Below are positions 38,874 through 51,600 of a stretch of DNA of 64,000 nucleotides, in pieces. The notes under the pieces are model-generated. The model saw nothing but the letters and a program-made list of their open reading frames with translations, did not search any database and was not told the DNA's origin. The position numbers were made by a program, and so were the translations under genes. The DNA is from Octopus vulgaris (taxonomy: Eukaryota): the NCBI GenBank assembly GCA_951406725.2, contig OX597832.1, positions 29,326,001 through 29,390,000 of the forward strand. Direction: 5' to 3'. The first letter of the stretch is position 1. Each line of letters opens with the position of its first letter.

Positions 38874-41800
38874 CAGTGTGTGAAACAAACAAAAGCAAGC
38901 AAGCAAAATAAGCAGCTATATTTTGCCAATCTTACTCATCCTACAAAACAACCCTGTCACCAGATTTACCCAGCCAAAGGACCACACAAATAAGGGAGAT
39001 TGACCCAGAAACACATGAAATGCACCAGGATCAGGTGATCTTAGCCCATATTCCCATTGGTCAGTGTAAAAATATCTCACCAAGTTAGGAAGCTGAACTT
39101 TGAAGCTGAAAAGTAAAACTGAAAAATGAAACAAAAATTTGAAAAAGGTTGAAATGCAATGGCCACTTGCAGCAAGGCTGAGTTTCAATGACTAAAGTGA
39201 GAGATCTTCAGTATAAAAGACACAGATCTATCATAGGAGACTACATCTAAAGGAGGAGCATATTAACAAAGGGCAAACAACTCATGCTACCAAGGTAGGA
39301 ATTAACTAAACTGACAGAACTACATTCTAAAAGAAAGGGTAGTGAAACAGAGGAAGCCTCTAAAGTAGGATTGTCTTCACAGATTTAATTACAGGATTAA
39401 TTACAGGATTCTAATACAATGCTAATGTTAGCAATGGTGGGAGTGAGACTAATATTTTATTTCTTCATCTCTACACGGTTATATATGGATAACAGTCTTG
39501 TAACTGCTTGACATCACACACACACACACACTTGTCATATAATGATATACCACAACTACATGTGTGTGTGTGTGTGTGTGTGTGCTTGCATGTACACACA
39601 AACGAGTTATATCTTTATCTCTTACTTGTTTCAGTCATTAGACTGTGGCCATGCTGGAGCACTGACTGGAAGAACTTGACCCCAATGCTTATCTTTTAAG
39701 TTTTGGTACTAAGCCTAAAAGACTCTTTTTGCTGAACCGAGGACATAAACACAGCAACACTGGTTGTCAAGCAGTGGGGGAGGGTGGCGGGTGGACAAAT
39801 GCAGGGAGACAAACAAACACACACATACACACGCGCGTGCGTGCATGGAGGGCTTCTTCTAGTTTACAGCAACCAAATCCACTCACAAGGCTTTGGTTGG
39901 CTTGAGACTCAGTAGAAGTCACTTGCCCAAGGTGCCACTTAGTGGAACTGAACCCAGACCCATGTGGTTGGGAAGCAAACTTCTTACTGCCCAACACCAC
40001 ACATATGATAAAAGACTGGCTGTCATTACATATTAATCTAATACTGATAGACATCCTACAGCTGTGAGATACCGTACAAATATATATATATATATACGCA
40101 CACACACACATGTGCATGCGAATTGTGTGCACATATGCATATGTGGTGTTTGCATGCACACACACCCACTTAACGATCTGTGAGTCTCAGTGGCAGCAGA
40201 TGAAGTAGGAAGCCATCAAAGATAATTTCTATTTTCACATGAATAAATGAAAAGAAATGTCGTCCCAACCGAGTTGGTTGCTATGACAACAGGGTCGTGC
40301 AGTAAATTCATTGGTAATTACAGATGGAAATATAAAAAAAAAACAACATAATTATGTACAAAACTAACAACCGGTCACTAAATAAACAAGGGAAGAGTAA
40401 GGAGGAGGAGGAGGGGGAAATGGGGGGATGGAGACAGGTTTGCTAGTGACAAATTATGGTAACTGTTTCTGTGGTTGGAGTAGTAACAACTGATCTGGGA
40501 GAGAGAGAGATAAACGGCCTTAACCTTCATGTTGCTATGGATACTAGTTTTTGACCATCTGCACATATATACATATTTATATAACTACACACACACACAC
40601 ACACACACACATTTATACCTATTTTATATACAGGGGTTGGACAAAATAATGGAAACACGTAGCATCACACCATAATTTTGAAATATCTATAAAACCATCA
40701 AAAGCTTGTTTATTTTTATGTTTTTTTGATTTATTATTAGTGTTGCTTAATATGTTTTGTTAAAATTACTGTTTCTTTTCAGATATCATCAGAAAAAGGT
40801 AATTAAAATTCATTAAAATGACAGATCTTTCGGACTTTCAAAGGGGTCAAATTGTTGGTGCAGGCGCTTCTTGGCATTTGCCCTAGACTGCCTTCTTCCA
40901 ACTGTTAAACATGGAGGAGGATCTGTGATGATCTGGGGGGGTTATATCTTGGAAATCCACCAACCCAATGGTTTCCCTTCATGGCAGAATTAATTGTCAA
41001 GACTATTTAAGCATTTTATCTGATCAATTCATCCTATGGTTGCAGAACTGTTTCTGGAGTGAAATGCAATCTTTCAGGATGATAATGCACCAATTCACAC
41101 ACCCAAAGTTGTTACTGAATGGCACAAGGAACATTCTAGTGAAATTGAACATCTCATCTGGCCACCACAGTCCTCAGATCTCAATATTATTGAACATTTG
41201 TGGTGCATTTTAGAAAAACAAGTAAGAAGTCGGTATCCTCCACCATCATCACTACAAGAAATGGAGACTGTTTTAGCTGAAAAATGGACAAAAATTCCCT
41301 TGGAAACAATTCAAACTTTGTACGAGTCCATACCTCATAGAATTCAAGTTGTAATTACTGCCAGTGGTGGTCTTACCCCATATTAAAATAAATTTGCTTG
41401 AAATTTTAAGGTGTTTCCATTATTTTGTCCAACCCCTGTGTATTGAAATCAATTTCCAGCTGCATAATAGATAAGAATTTTGGACCCATATGATGTACAT
41501 AAGGAATCAAAAGACTAAATGTAGTCCAAGAAAATGTTTACCTCTAAAACGAGAGAAACTGAAGACACTTATAGAATATACTGGAATGAAATTTAGTATA
41601 AACGCTAAACACACAAGGACAGCATCGGTGGTTTGATCAATGTTTACTACAGAAGTCATGGAAACAGATGAGGGAGGGAGGGAGGCTGGGGGAACTAAAA
41701 TACTAGGGTTTTCATCTAATGAGACATGTCTAAGGTCTAAAGAAGACTGCAGAAATCTATGGTAGAGTTTGTGACAGTGCAGTTACAGTGCAGCAATGAG

Positions 41801-41887
41801 GCTACGGAAGTGCATGATGCAAGAGAGTTAAAGAGAGAGAGAGAGTTAAAGAGAAAGAGAGAGAGAGAAAAAGAGAGAGAGAGTTAA

Positions 41888-41919
<32 letters not shown>

Positions 41920-43837
41920 TCTAGCAACTTACCTTAATTGCATTTAGGTGGTGAGCTGCATCATCTGTGACACGCCCATTTTCAGGCTAACCAAAGCACA
42001 AAATTTGAAGTAGGGTTTATAACTAAACAATTGGGTCAGAAATTCTAGTGGACAGACATGGCCTATCAATGCTACTTCTAAACTTCTTCATATTTGTTTG
42101 TGTGTGTGGTGTGGTGTGGTGTGGTGTGTGTGTGTGTTTCAAAGTTGTGTTGGTTTTGTTGATAGAAGCTTGCTAACACAAACACAAATGGCACAATCTC
42201 TTTTCTATTTTTGATGTCAGAGTGTTTCCACTGCAAAAAGATCCACCATGATTGGCATGAAGACATCAACCAGTCATTCACCAGTTTCCTCTGAGTTGTG
42301 AAGAATCCTCAGAGCAAGGAAGCAAAGGTGAAAAATGGTAAAAATTGAGGTTGATAAAATACGGTACCAGTCAAATACCGTGGTCGATTTGATATTCTTA
42401 ATACGTTTCAGATGAGAATGGAATCATAATACAAGACTTCAAGAGAGGAAGTTCTCTATTCAATATTCTCTGTGGGGTGGGGTTTGGCACCAAAACAGTT
42501 AAAATGATTTACCATTTTAGCCTTCAAACTTCCACTGTAACCTAAACTGAATCTTAATATTTTGCAATCAACTAATTCTATAGTGAAGTGATTTGGAGGC
42601 TTTCATCGTTGTCTATATTGAAACTTGGTAAAGACAGGTGGAAAAGCTGGAAGTAGTGAGACACTGTACAATGAACAGTTCTCAAAAGTGAGTTTGTACC
42701 GATTCCAGATGGTTTAGACTGAGCCTCATCCATAGACTGACATCGATGGGTGCATAACAACATCACCAGGCAGGGAATAGGAGGCTTTCATGCATGGTAA
42801 CATTGATATCACATAATTAACAAGAATAACAGCACATGTAATAATGATACAACATATTTTACAAGTGTATAATAATAATAATGTGTTAGAAGATTACACT
42901 TAATGCAGTTGGAAGTTGAATATCTTTAAGAACAAAGATGCCAAATTTTTACCTTAAAATAGTATTTAAATCTTGATATTCTGGATATTAAAACCGCTTT
43001 ATGGAAGTCTAAGTGAACTGATTAGAGAGAGAAAATGAATAACCTTCTAGGTTGGCAATGTGGGCTTGTGAGAGAAAAATTCAGACTAGGTGTGTTGAGA
43101 TATGGAGACTGGGAGAGTAATTTGTGTTTGATCGGTTATCAAATATGAAGCAGCTACTGTTGTCATATATATATATACAAGTAGAGATCAGGGTCCATTA
43201 TTGAGTCTCACAGAAGTAGCAATAACAGTCACTTCATTCAATTCATGGTGAATGTAAATAGTTGGTTGGTTTTCTTAATCAGGATGGCTTCGTTGGTCCT
43301 CAGGTTACCAATATTATAATTTATGACTTAAATGGTGACCACATTTTCCTTGTTAATATTCTTTTAATTATCAATGTCTTATCAACAGTGATGCATGCAT
43401 GTGTGTGTGTGTGTGGAGGGTATTCTCTAATTCTCAATGTGTAAGGACCAAATTGTGCTGCTGACCTGACATCTGGTGCATTTACTGCACTGGATTTGTT
43501 AGATGATATAATTTCAGTCAGCACATTGATGAATGCCAAGATATCAATCCAAAGAGACATTCATACATTCATTCATCTACTCTCTCTCTCTTTCTTCCCC
43601 TGCCTCCCTGTAGTTCTCTTAACCCTTCATAAAGAAGTTTTTATGCTTGAAACATCAGGACTATTAAATGTTTTTACGGTAACATTTCAATATGTTTGTT
43701 TCCCATCTTATTGATGTTTAAATTTCCAACCGCATTCTTGAAACCTTCTGACATACAGTTTTATCATTTAATCACTACGTTTCAACAAACAACACTATGA
43801 ATAAATAAATAAATAAATAATGATAATAATAATAATC

Positions 43838-43872
<35 letters not shown>

Positions 43873-46800
43873 GGCTTCTATTTTTAGAACTTCATAATTG
43901 TTTCTGAATAACAACAACAACAATACCAACAGAAGAAGCAATAATAATAATGAGAAGACAAGGAGAAAGAAGAGAAGAATGAAAAGAAGAAGAAGAAGAA
44001 AAGGAGAATATTTGGAGATACTAGAAAAGAGAAAGCAACAATCACTGCAAGTTGACTGACCAAACAGAGAATGTGTCATGCAAGCTTAACATTCTGCCAT
44101 TGCAATATTGATGGCATTATTGAGATTTAGAGTCTATTTCTGTTCAGCAGAGAATCATACATAATGAAGACATAGAAATGATTTATCGACAGGAACCAAA
44201 GACACAAGTTCTTACCTTCAATTTATTAGTTGTTTCGCTTTCTACAGTTGGGGAGAAGTTATTTTCCAGTTTTTGGCAATGTACAAAGAAATTGTACAAA
44301 TGTTGATCCTGCAAGCAGAAAGATTATCATCAACATTATTATTATTGAGTGAGAGAGCAGTGCATGCCATCAAAGTGACACTGGAGTAAAATATACAAAG
44401 CCCAGTACACCCATCATGACAACCCGTCTGATAAAAGTACACCAGGCACATGCATCACAACCATATGTGCGCGACATGGTGATCTCATATCAAGATAAAC
44501 AGCGCATGACCTTGCAGGTGGGGCCCAGTTAGAATTTACTACAGGTTGAGTAGCCCATCCCGCTCAAAAGGTCCCTGAATAAGGATTGTTTAAGGATGCT
44601 GAATGAAACACCCATGTTTCCAGAGGTGAATTATTCAAACCCCAAAGAATCCCTCTCAACACATGGCTATGATGCTCCCCCACAACTTCTGCTCGTGATC
44701 AGAGATGCACATATCGTCAACCACCAAGGGACATGGTCAACTGGTTACGGTCAAACAACTGACAAACAAATCTGTGGTATTGAGCAGAATATTTGCTGTA
44801 GCCCATCTTTTATACCAAGACAAAACAATGTACAAGATGACACTTCCAATCAATTAAGATCAGAAGCCATGAGAGCCACCGTCTGGTACTGCATCAGGGC
44901 ATTTATTATTATTCTTCTTATCAAAATCTCACCGTTTTGTATTTCAGTGATAAGTCTATCAAAGCCATAAGATTGCAGTTTTATAAAGGAAAACACATTA
45001 CACAGACATCTCTGGCACCCTCAAGTAGAAATGGAACCTTTTTATCAGCAAAGTAGACAGGGGAAAGTAGCATAACATGTATTGTCAGAGAATACTTTAT
45101 AAGAGTTCTTATGGGTTGGAACCCATGGCGGTGTAGTGAGGAGTCTAACATTTCAACCATATGATGACAGTTTACAGTACAAAATCACAAGAAAACATTA
45201 CCTTGGTGATCAACATCTTTTATTTAGATACTATATCAGACTAAAAGGCTGGATGATCATGGGTGGAATATCAGGGAATATAAATCTGCCAGATTAAGGC
45301 TAACTTGGGATTAAAGGACAACAAGTAATGCAGCTTACCTTTGTGTAAATTGTGGATTTCAATCTGAGATTGACCTTCAGTAGTTCTTTCTTGCCATCGA
45401 CCCATTTAATTTCAGGACACATTACCTGTAATAAGAGGAATAAAGATGAAGGATAAGACTTATGTCTAGCATTGAACCGGCAATAAGAGCAACAGAGATG
45501 ATTGGATATAGAGCTGTTTATATTGAGCAATACATGGAGAGTATACATGAGGGAAACAAAGAGAGTTACATCCCCCTTGTGAAACTTTATACACAATTCC
45601 AGTGGTCAGTATATTGTCATGGTGAGATGGTCAAGCCTACTGACCAGCATATTGGATGCAACCTTAGTCTGGTATTTAAAATGGTCCCTTTTTGAATCAG
45701 ATTGTTCCAAGTTCAATCCTGACCAGCATATTGGATGTGGCCTTAGTCTGGTATTTAAAATGGTCCCTTTTTGAATCAGATTGTTCTGAGTTCAATCTTA
45801 CTGCTTTGCAGCTTGGGTGTGAATTACCTTAAGCCTGAATTCACCCAAACCATGTCGTGGAATCTGGGTAGATGGGAAAATGTAGAAGCCTATCAGAAAT
45901 ATTTATTGTTGGGTGGTAAATTTAAGGGCTCTGCCCAGCTCTGGGTATCATCAAGGGCACTGACTTTGTTGTAAACATTTAGAACAGGCCCCTGGTCTGA
46001 AAATAACTTACTATTTTGAATGTCTTTTGGGGTCAATAAATTAAGTACCAGTTACATACTGGAGTCGATCTAATCGACTGGCCCCCTCGCCCAAAATTTT
46101 GGGCCTTGTGCCAAGAGTGGGAAAGATTATTTTGGAATACCAGAACAAGTCTTTTATTTCCTTCCCTCACACAAAGCTACAAAGTCTGATTGTCTCAAAG
46201 TCAATTATAGAAAATAGTGTCGAGAAAACTCACCTTGCCACTTGCTACCATATCATGCGACAGGTAACCGGCAGGTAGGTTGGCTGCGATGGGTAAAGGG
46301 TCTGGATTTTCTGAAGCAAGTCTGTAAAGAGGATAGAAAATAAAGACAGTGGTTAGTAACACGGGTATTAAGTGGTTTATAACAGCCATTAAGTATTTAT
46401 TGCAGATAATTGGTAATGATTAAGAAATTAAATACGCTATGGAGAAAGGGTGTATCAGGTATTATGATATCCTCAGAGTCTAATATCTAATGATTGATAC
46501 AAACAACAAGATACAATCAATATTATATGTTAAAGCAATGGAAAGTTTGATTGTGTGTGTGTGTGTGGTTATAGACAAACTGAAAGATGGGAAAGACATG
46601 ACTGGAATGACTTTTATCCTGGGTTCGTTCAATCATAGTCAACCAGTTTCTACACATCAACACCCCCCACCACCCTACATGAACACTTGCTGTATTTGCA
46701 TTCACAAAGAAGCAACAAATATCCATTTTGCCAGGAGTGATAACAATTCTGCCAGCTGATCACCTTATTGGTCAATATCTTGAGCAAGAACAAATTGTCT

Positions 46801-48574
46801 CAGCTGCAACTCAAAGAGTCTCACAACTTCCCACATCCAAAACTTCACAATTAATTTACTCCCCACCATTTGTTACACAGGACTCAAGGAGTTTTACTTC
46901 CCAATAGAATCCTACCAGGGATGTGCCGCCTGGGTAGGCAAGATAGGCAGTGCCTACCTTGAATAAAATAGATCGATAACAACATTTTCCTTTCATGGCA
47001 AAATATGCACCTAATTCAATAAAATTACGAAGGTTAGTCTGATGACTATGCATAAAATACAAAATATTTTACTTTTTTTTTTGTAGATTAGGTAGGCATA
47101 ATTCGCCCCTGCCTTTCAATCTTAGTATTTAAGCTATGCATAGTACTGCCGTAGTACACTTGCTGCGTGCATTCCTACAACAATGTTTTCTTTACATGCT
47201 ATAAAGGCAGAAGCAAATCTGTCTACAACTCAGTCGCACGCCTGTGTTTTGCTTATTTTTTGTATGTTTTATTAAATAAAGACCACCAACTGCCTACCCT
47301 GAGTAATTACTGACGGCACATGCCTGAATTCTACCTTTCACACCTCTCTGTCATAACCTACCTTTCTTATCAAAACAGAACCCTTCTATTGCTAACAGGA
47401 CATTAATTAAGGAGACCGACACTATAAACGTTAACGACACAAGAAACAGACTCGATTACGAACTAATCTAGTAATAAGATTCTCAACATATAAAAAACTG
47501 ATATTGGAGAAGTTTCTGGAAAAGAACTGCAAAAAGGATGACCCAAAAATCTCAAAGAGCTGAAATAAATATTCAAAATAATAAAACTTACTTTCCACCC
47601 CTCAAGAGTGGCAACCAAGCATAACCGATGGCAGTTTCTATATTATCTTTCTTCTTGGAGGAGGCAGACGAGTTTCTCGGACTCGTCTTGGAAGACTCAC
47701 AGCTAACATGGTAGAAACGAAACAAAAGGTGATGCTTGTCATGTAACTGCGTTGGTAAATTAATTTTCACCTGTCGAAAATAGAATATATATATACACCT
47801 GTCAGTTTAACAGAACAGCATATGAGGAGTGGGGTTAGGGACAGGATCAATTGAGAGGGTGGGGCAGTGAGGGCAATGAGGGACCTTTCAAAGTTTGTTG
47901 TGTTATAAAATGTGACAGGAAAAAGGGAATTTCGTCATACAATATGTCATGCAACAATGTGTGACAGGAGGATGGGAGTTCCTTTATGTTGTGTCACAAA
48001 GTGTAACATGATGACAAATGTTGTGTCACAATGTGTAACAAGAGGATAAGTTTCTTTATGTTGTCACAAAGTGTAACAGAATGAGAAATGTGTCACAATG
48101 TGTAACAGGAGGATGGGAGTTCCTTTATGTTGTGTCACAAAGTGTAACAGGATGACAAATGTTGTGTCACAATGTGTAACAGGAAGATAGGAGTTCCTTT
48201 GTGTTGTGTCACAAAGTGTAACAGAATGACAAATGTTGTGACAATATGTAACAGGATGATGGGAGTTTCTTTATGTTGTGTCACAAAGTGTAACAGGATG
48301 ACAAATGTGTCACAATGTGTAACAAGAGGATAAGAGTTCCTTTATGTGTCACAAAGTATAACAGGATGACAAATGTTGTGTCACAATGTGTAACAGGCTA
48401 ACAAGAGTTCCTTAATATCCTGCATCTCAATGTGATAAATGTTCTCTAATTCACTTTTTTTGATAGAAAAGGAATTCTTTCTCTCAAAATATTTTGTGCC
48501 ACATGCAACAACATAGGAGTCCCTTCACACAGTCACATGTCACATGAGAAGACAAAACAAGGGATTTGTTCATA

Positions 48575-48605
<31 letters not shown>

Positions 48606-51600
48606 GTTTAACATCTGCTTTCCATGCTGGCATGGGTTAGACAGTTCGGTCGGGGATCTGGGAAGCCAGGAGGCTGCACCAGGCTCCAGTCTGATCTGGC
48701 AGTGTTTCTACAGCTGGATGCCCTTCCTAATGCAAACCACTCTGAGAATGTAGTGGGTGCTTCTTATGTGCCACCGGCACAGGGGCCAGTCAGGTGGACC
48801 TGGCATCGATCACTTTCGTATACTAAGGGCACAGGTCAATAACAGGAGGTAAATAAAGGATGAAGGGGAGACGTGGTCAATGATTGGTATAAAGTTGGTG
48901 TAGGTGTTAGAGTAAATGAGTGAAGGAAAATAGAAGACCGTTGAAAGGGTAAAATATAGTGAGGGTAACAGAGGAGGTAAAGAGAGTAAAAATGAAATGG
49001 GAGATGATAAAGTGTGTGTGGGGTGGGGTTATATAAGAGCAAAAGGAGGAAGAAGAATAAGAAAGAGTAAACTGGCAGGGTGGGGCAGTACAGAAGGGAG
49101 GGTAAAAACGAGGGGGTAAAATAGAGTGGGTTAAATGGAGAGGTAAAGGGAATTAGTAAATTGTGGAGGTATGATAAAAGAATATATGTGGAGGTGAGAA
49201 AATATAAACTTACTTCTTCTGAAAATTCTGGGAAAGTATTATGATGGAGAACAGTAGCACTGGCAACCGTAGTAAACACAGACATTCCAGGACGTCCATA
49301 AATACACTGGAATAGAGAAGAAATAGGGGTGAAGGGTACAGATGGAGAGTGTTGATGAAATGACAAATTTTGAATAATTTATGGCAGTCGGTTTGAGTGT
49401 GCATGACAATGACATCAAGTAATGACCCCCTTGGGTCATGAATGACCCTGGGATTGCACCTAGAAAGCTCCCCCTTGAGGCACAAGTCTGGTCAAGATTT
49501 ATCATCATCATTATCATCATCGTTTAACGTCTACTTTCCATGCTAGCATGGGTTGGACAGTTCAACTGGGGTCTAGGAAGCCAGGAGGCTGTACCAGGCC
49601 CAGTCTGATCTGGCAGTGTTTCTACAGCTGGATGCCCTTCCTAACGCCAACCACTCCGTGAGTGTAGTGGGTGCTTTTTACGTGCCACCTGCACAGGTGC
49701 CAGACATGTCTGGCAAACAGCCACGGTCGGATGGTGCTTTTTACGTGCCACCAGCACGTAAAGGTAGTTTGTGGAAAACCAGCAGTCACCCAAGCATTGT
49801 AAAAATAAATAATCACATCATTGAAATCTCAAAGTTATGAGATATAATGCAGGATTAATTCAAAACATTGTGAATGAGAAAGTATTATAATATGGCAAGA
49901 GTAATCTGGAACGCTAAGGGGTTAAATACAATCCCACCCCTCATCTTTGACTAATCTATCTGATTTGAACATGCTACCCAGCATTGTGCAATCTACCCCC
50001 ATGTGGTACAATGAACTATCTTATTTCTTTACTGCCCAAAAAGGGCTACACACAGAGGGGACAAACAAGGACAGACAAACGGATTAAGTCGATTATATCG
50101 ACCCCTATCTTACTATGCACAATCTACCCCCAAAGTTCCAATTTTTTGAAAAGTCATCTGAAAATTTGTGGGAAACAAAGAAATCACTACAAAAAAACAA
50201 AAAACAAAGAAAAGTTGGTAAAATGTTTACCCTTAGAGGAATGGCTCCGTCGTCATCAGAATCTCTTAGTTCTATACAGCATGCGATATTTCGTGCCTGG
50301 AATGTAAAAGAAGAACAGAATATACCAAAGCTGACCATTGTTGTTGTTGTTGTTGTGGGTGGTCAGTTATGATAAAAGGGGGATTAGAGACCAACAGGCT
50401 TGTTTAGCCCCAGGTCAGCCCTGACTGAACAGACCATTAGATTCTATTATTATTGCTTAGATCAATCTCAGACCCTAAATGAGTATATCTATAATTCGAC
50501 TGTGGACCCTAAATAATGGTGGCGCTTTTTTAAGGGTTATTAATTCCTTAATCCATGAAGTTGAATAAATTCTGATATTTCAAAGAAAACAGTATAATTT
50601 CAAAACAGATTTACTATTTCTCCAATGGTGAAGATAATACACTGGATTAGCAATGTGATAATCCATAGCGACAACAAGATTTACCCACATTGGCCTCATT
50701 GAGTTTTTATCCACTAGTAAGGCTATGGGCCGTGGCCACCATGGCCCCACCTCTCCTGCTTATCAAACTAATAAATCAAAAATACTAATCATCGTCATCA
50801 TCATCGTTAGTTGTAGGTTTCTAAATGATGGCCAATCCCTACTTCACTGCACATAATTCTGTGGCACAACCAATACCACAAGGTACTTTAGTCAGATAAC
50901 ATCTGTTATCTTTTCTCTTTTACAAGCTTCAGTCATAACGCTGTGGCCATGCTGGAGCACCACCTTCAAGAATTTTTAGCTGAATGAATTCAGCTGCAGC
51001 ACTTAATTTTCGTTTTGTTTTTTTTAAAAACCTGGTACTTATGCTATCAGTCACTTTGGCTGAACTGCTAAGTTATAGGGATGTAAACACACTAACACCT
51101 GCTGTCAAGTGCTGGTGGGGGACAAATACAAAGACACACACAGATATATACATATACACACACACACATATATATATGATGGGCTTCTTTCAGTTTCCAT
51201 CAACCAAATCTACTCACAAAGGTTTGGTCGGCCTAAGACTATAGAAGACACTTGTCCAAGGTGCCATGCAGTGGGACTGAACCCTGAACCAAGTGGTTGG
51301 GAAGCAAGCTTCTTACCACAGAGTCACAACTTTTCTTTTTTTACTAACGAATATTACCAAAAGATAGAACAGGCTTCCACACAGTTTCCATCCCCCAAAT
51401 CACACACGTAAGGCACTGGTCACCTTAAGGCCATATTAGAAAGAATTTTCTTTTTGCAAACTGCTGTGCAGCATATTTGAACCCAGAACCACATGGTTGT
51501 GAAAACAAACAGCCATGTCTAGAAAGATACATTCCACCCTCCGCCCCCATCACCCTCTCATACTTCTTCCACCCTCCACCCCTATCACCCTCTCATACTT

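Noticed and set aside
38936-38940. ttttgtag|GATGA|gtaaga 5-nt segment
   Set aside because: Not frame-preserving; could only be a poison exon, and there is no other support.
42700-42736. AG..GT segment encoding [12 protein letters not shown]
   Set aside because: 37 nt, shifts the frame; leads to a stop when joined to the 54-nt or 5-nt downstream segments; weak donor.
43615-43670. Possible second hammerhead remnant (...GAAG...CTTGAAACATCAGG)
   Set aside because: CUGANGA core is absent; too degenerate to call.
44437-44912. GC-richer block ending in (TTA)n, probably a retroposon 3' end
   Set aside because: Single copy in the window with no diagnostic motif; cannot be classified without a repeat library.
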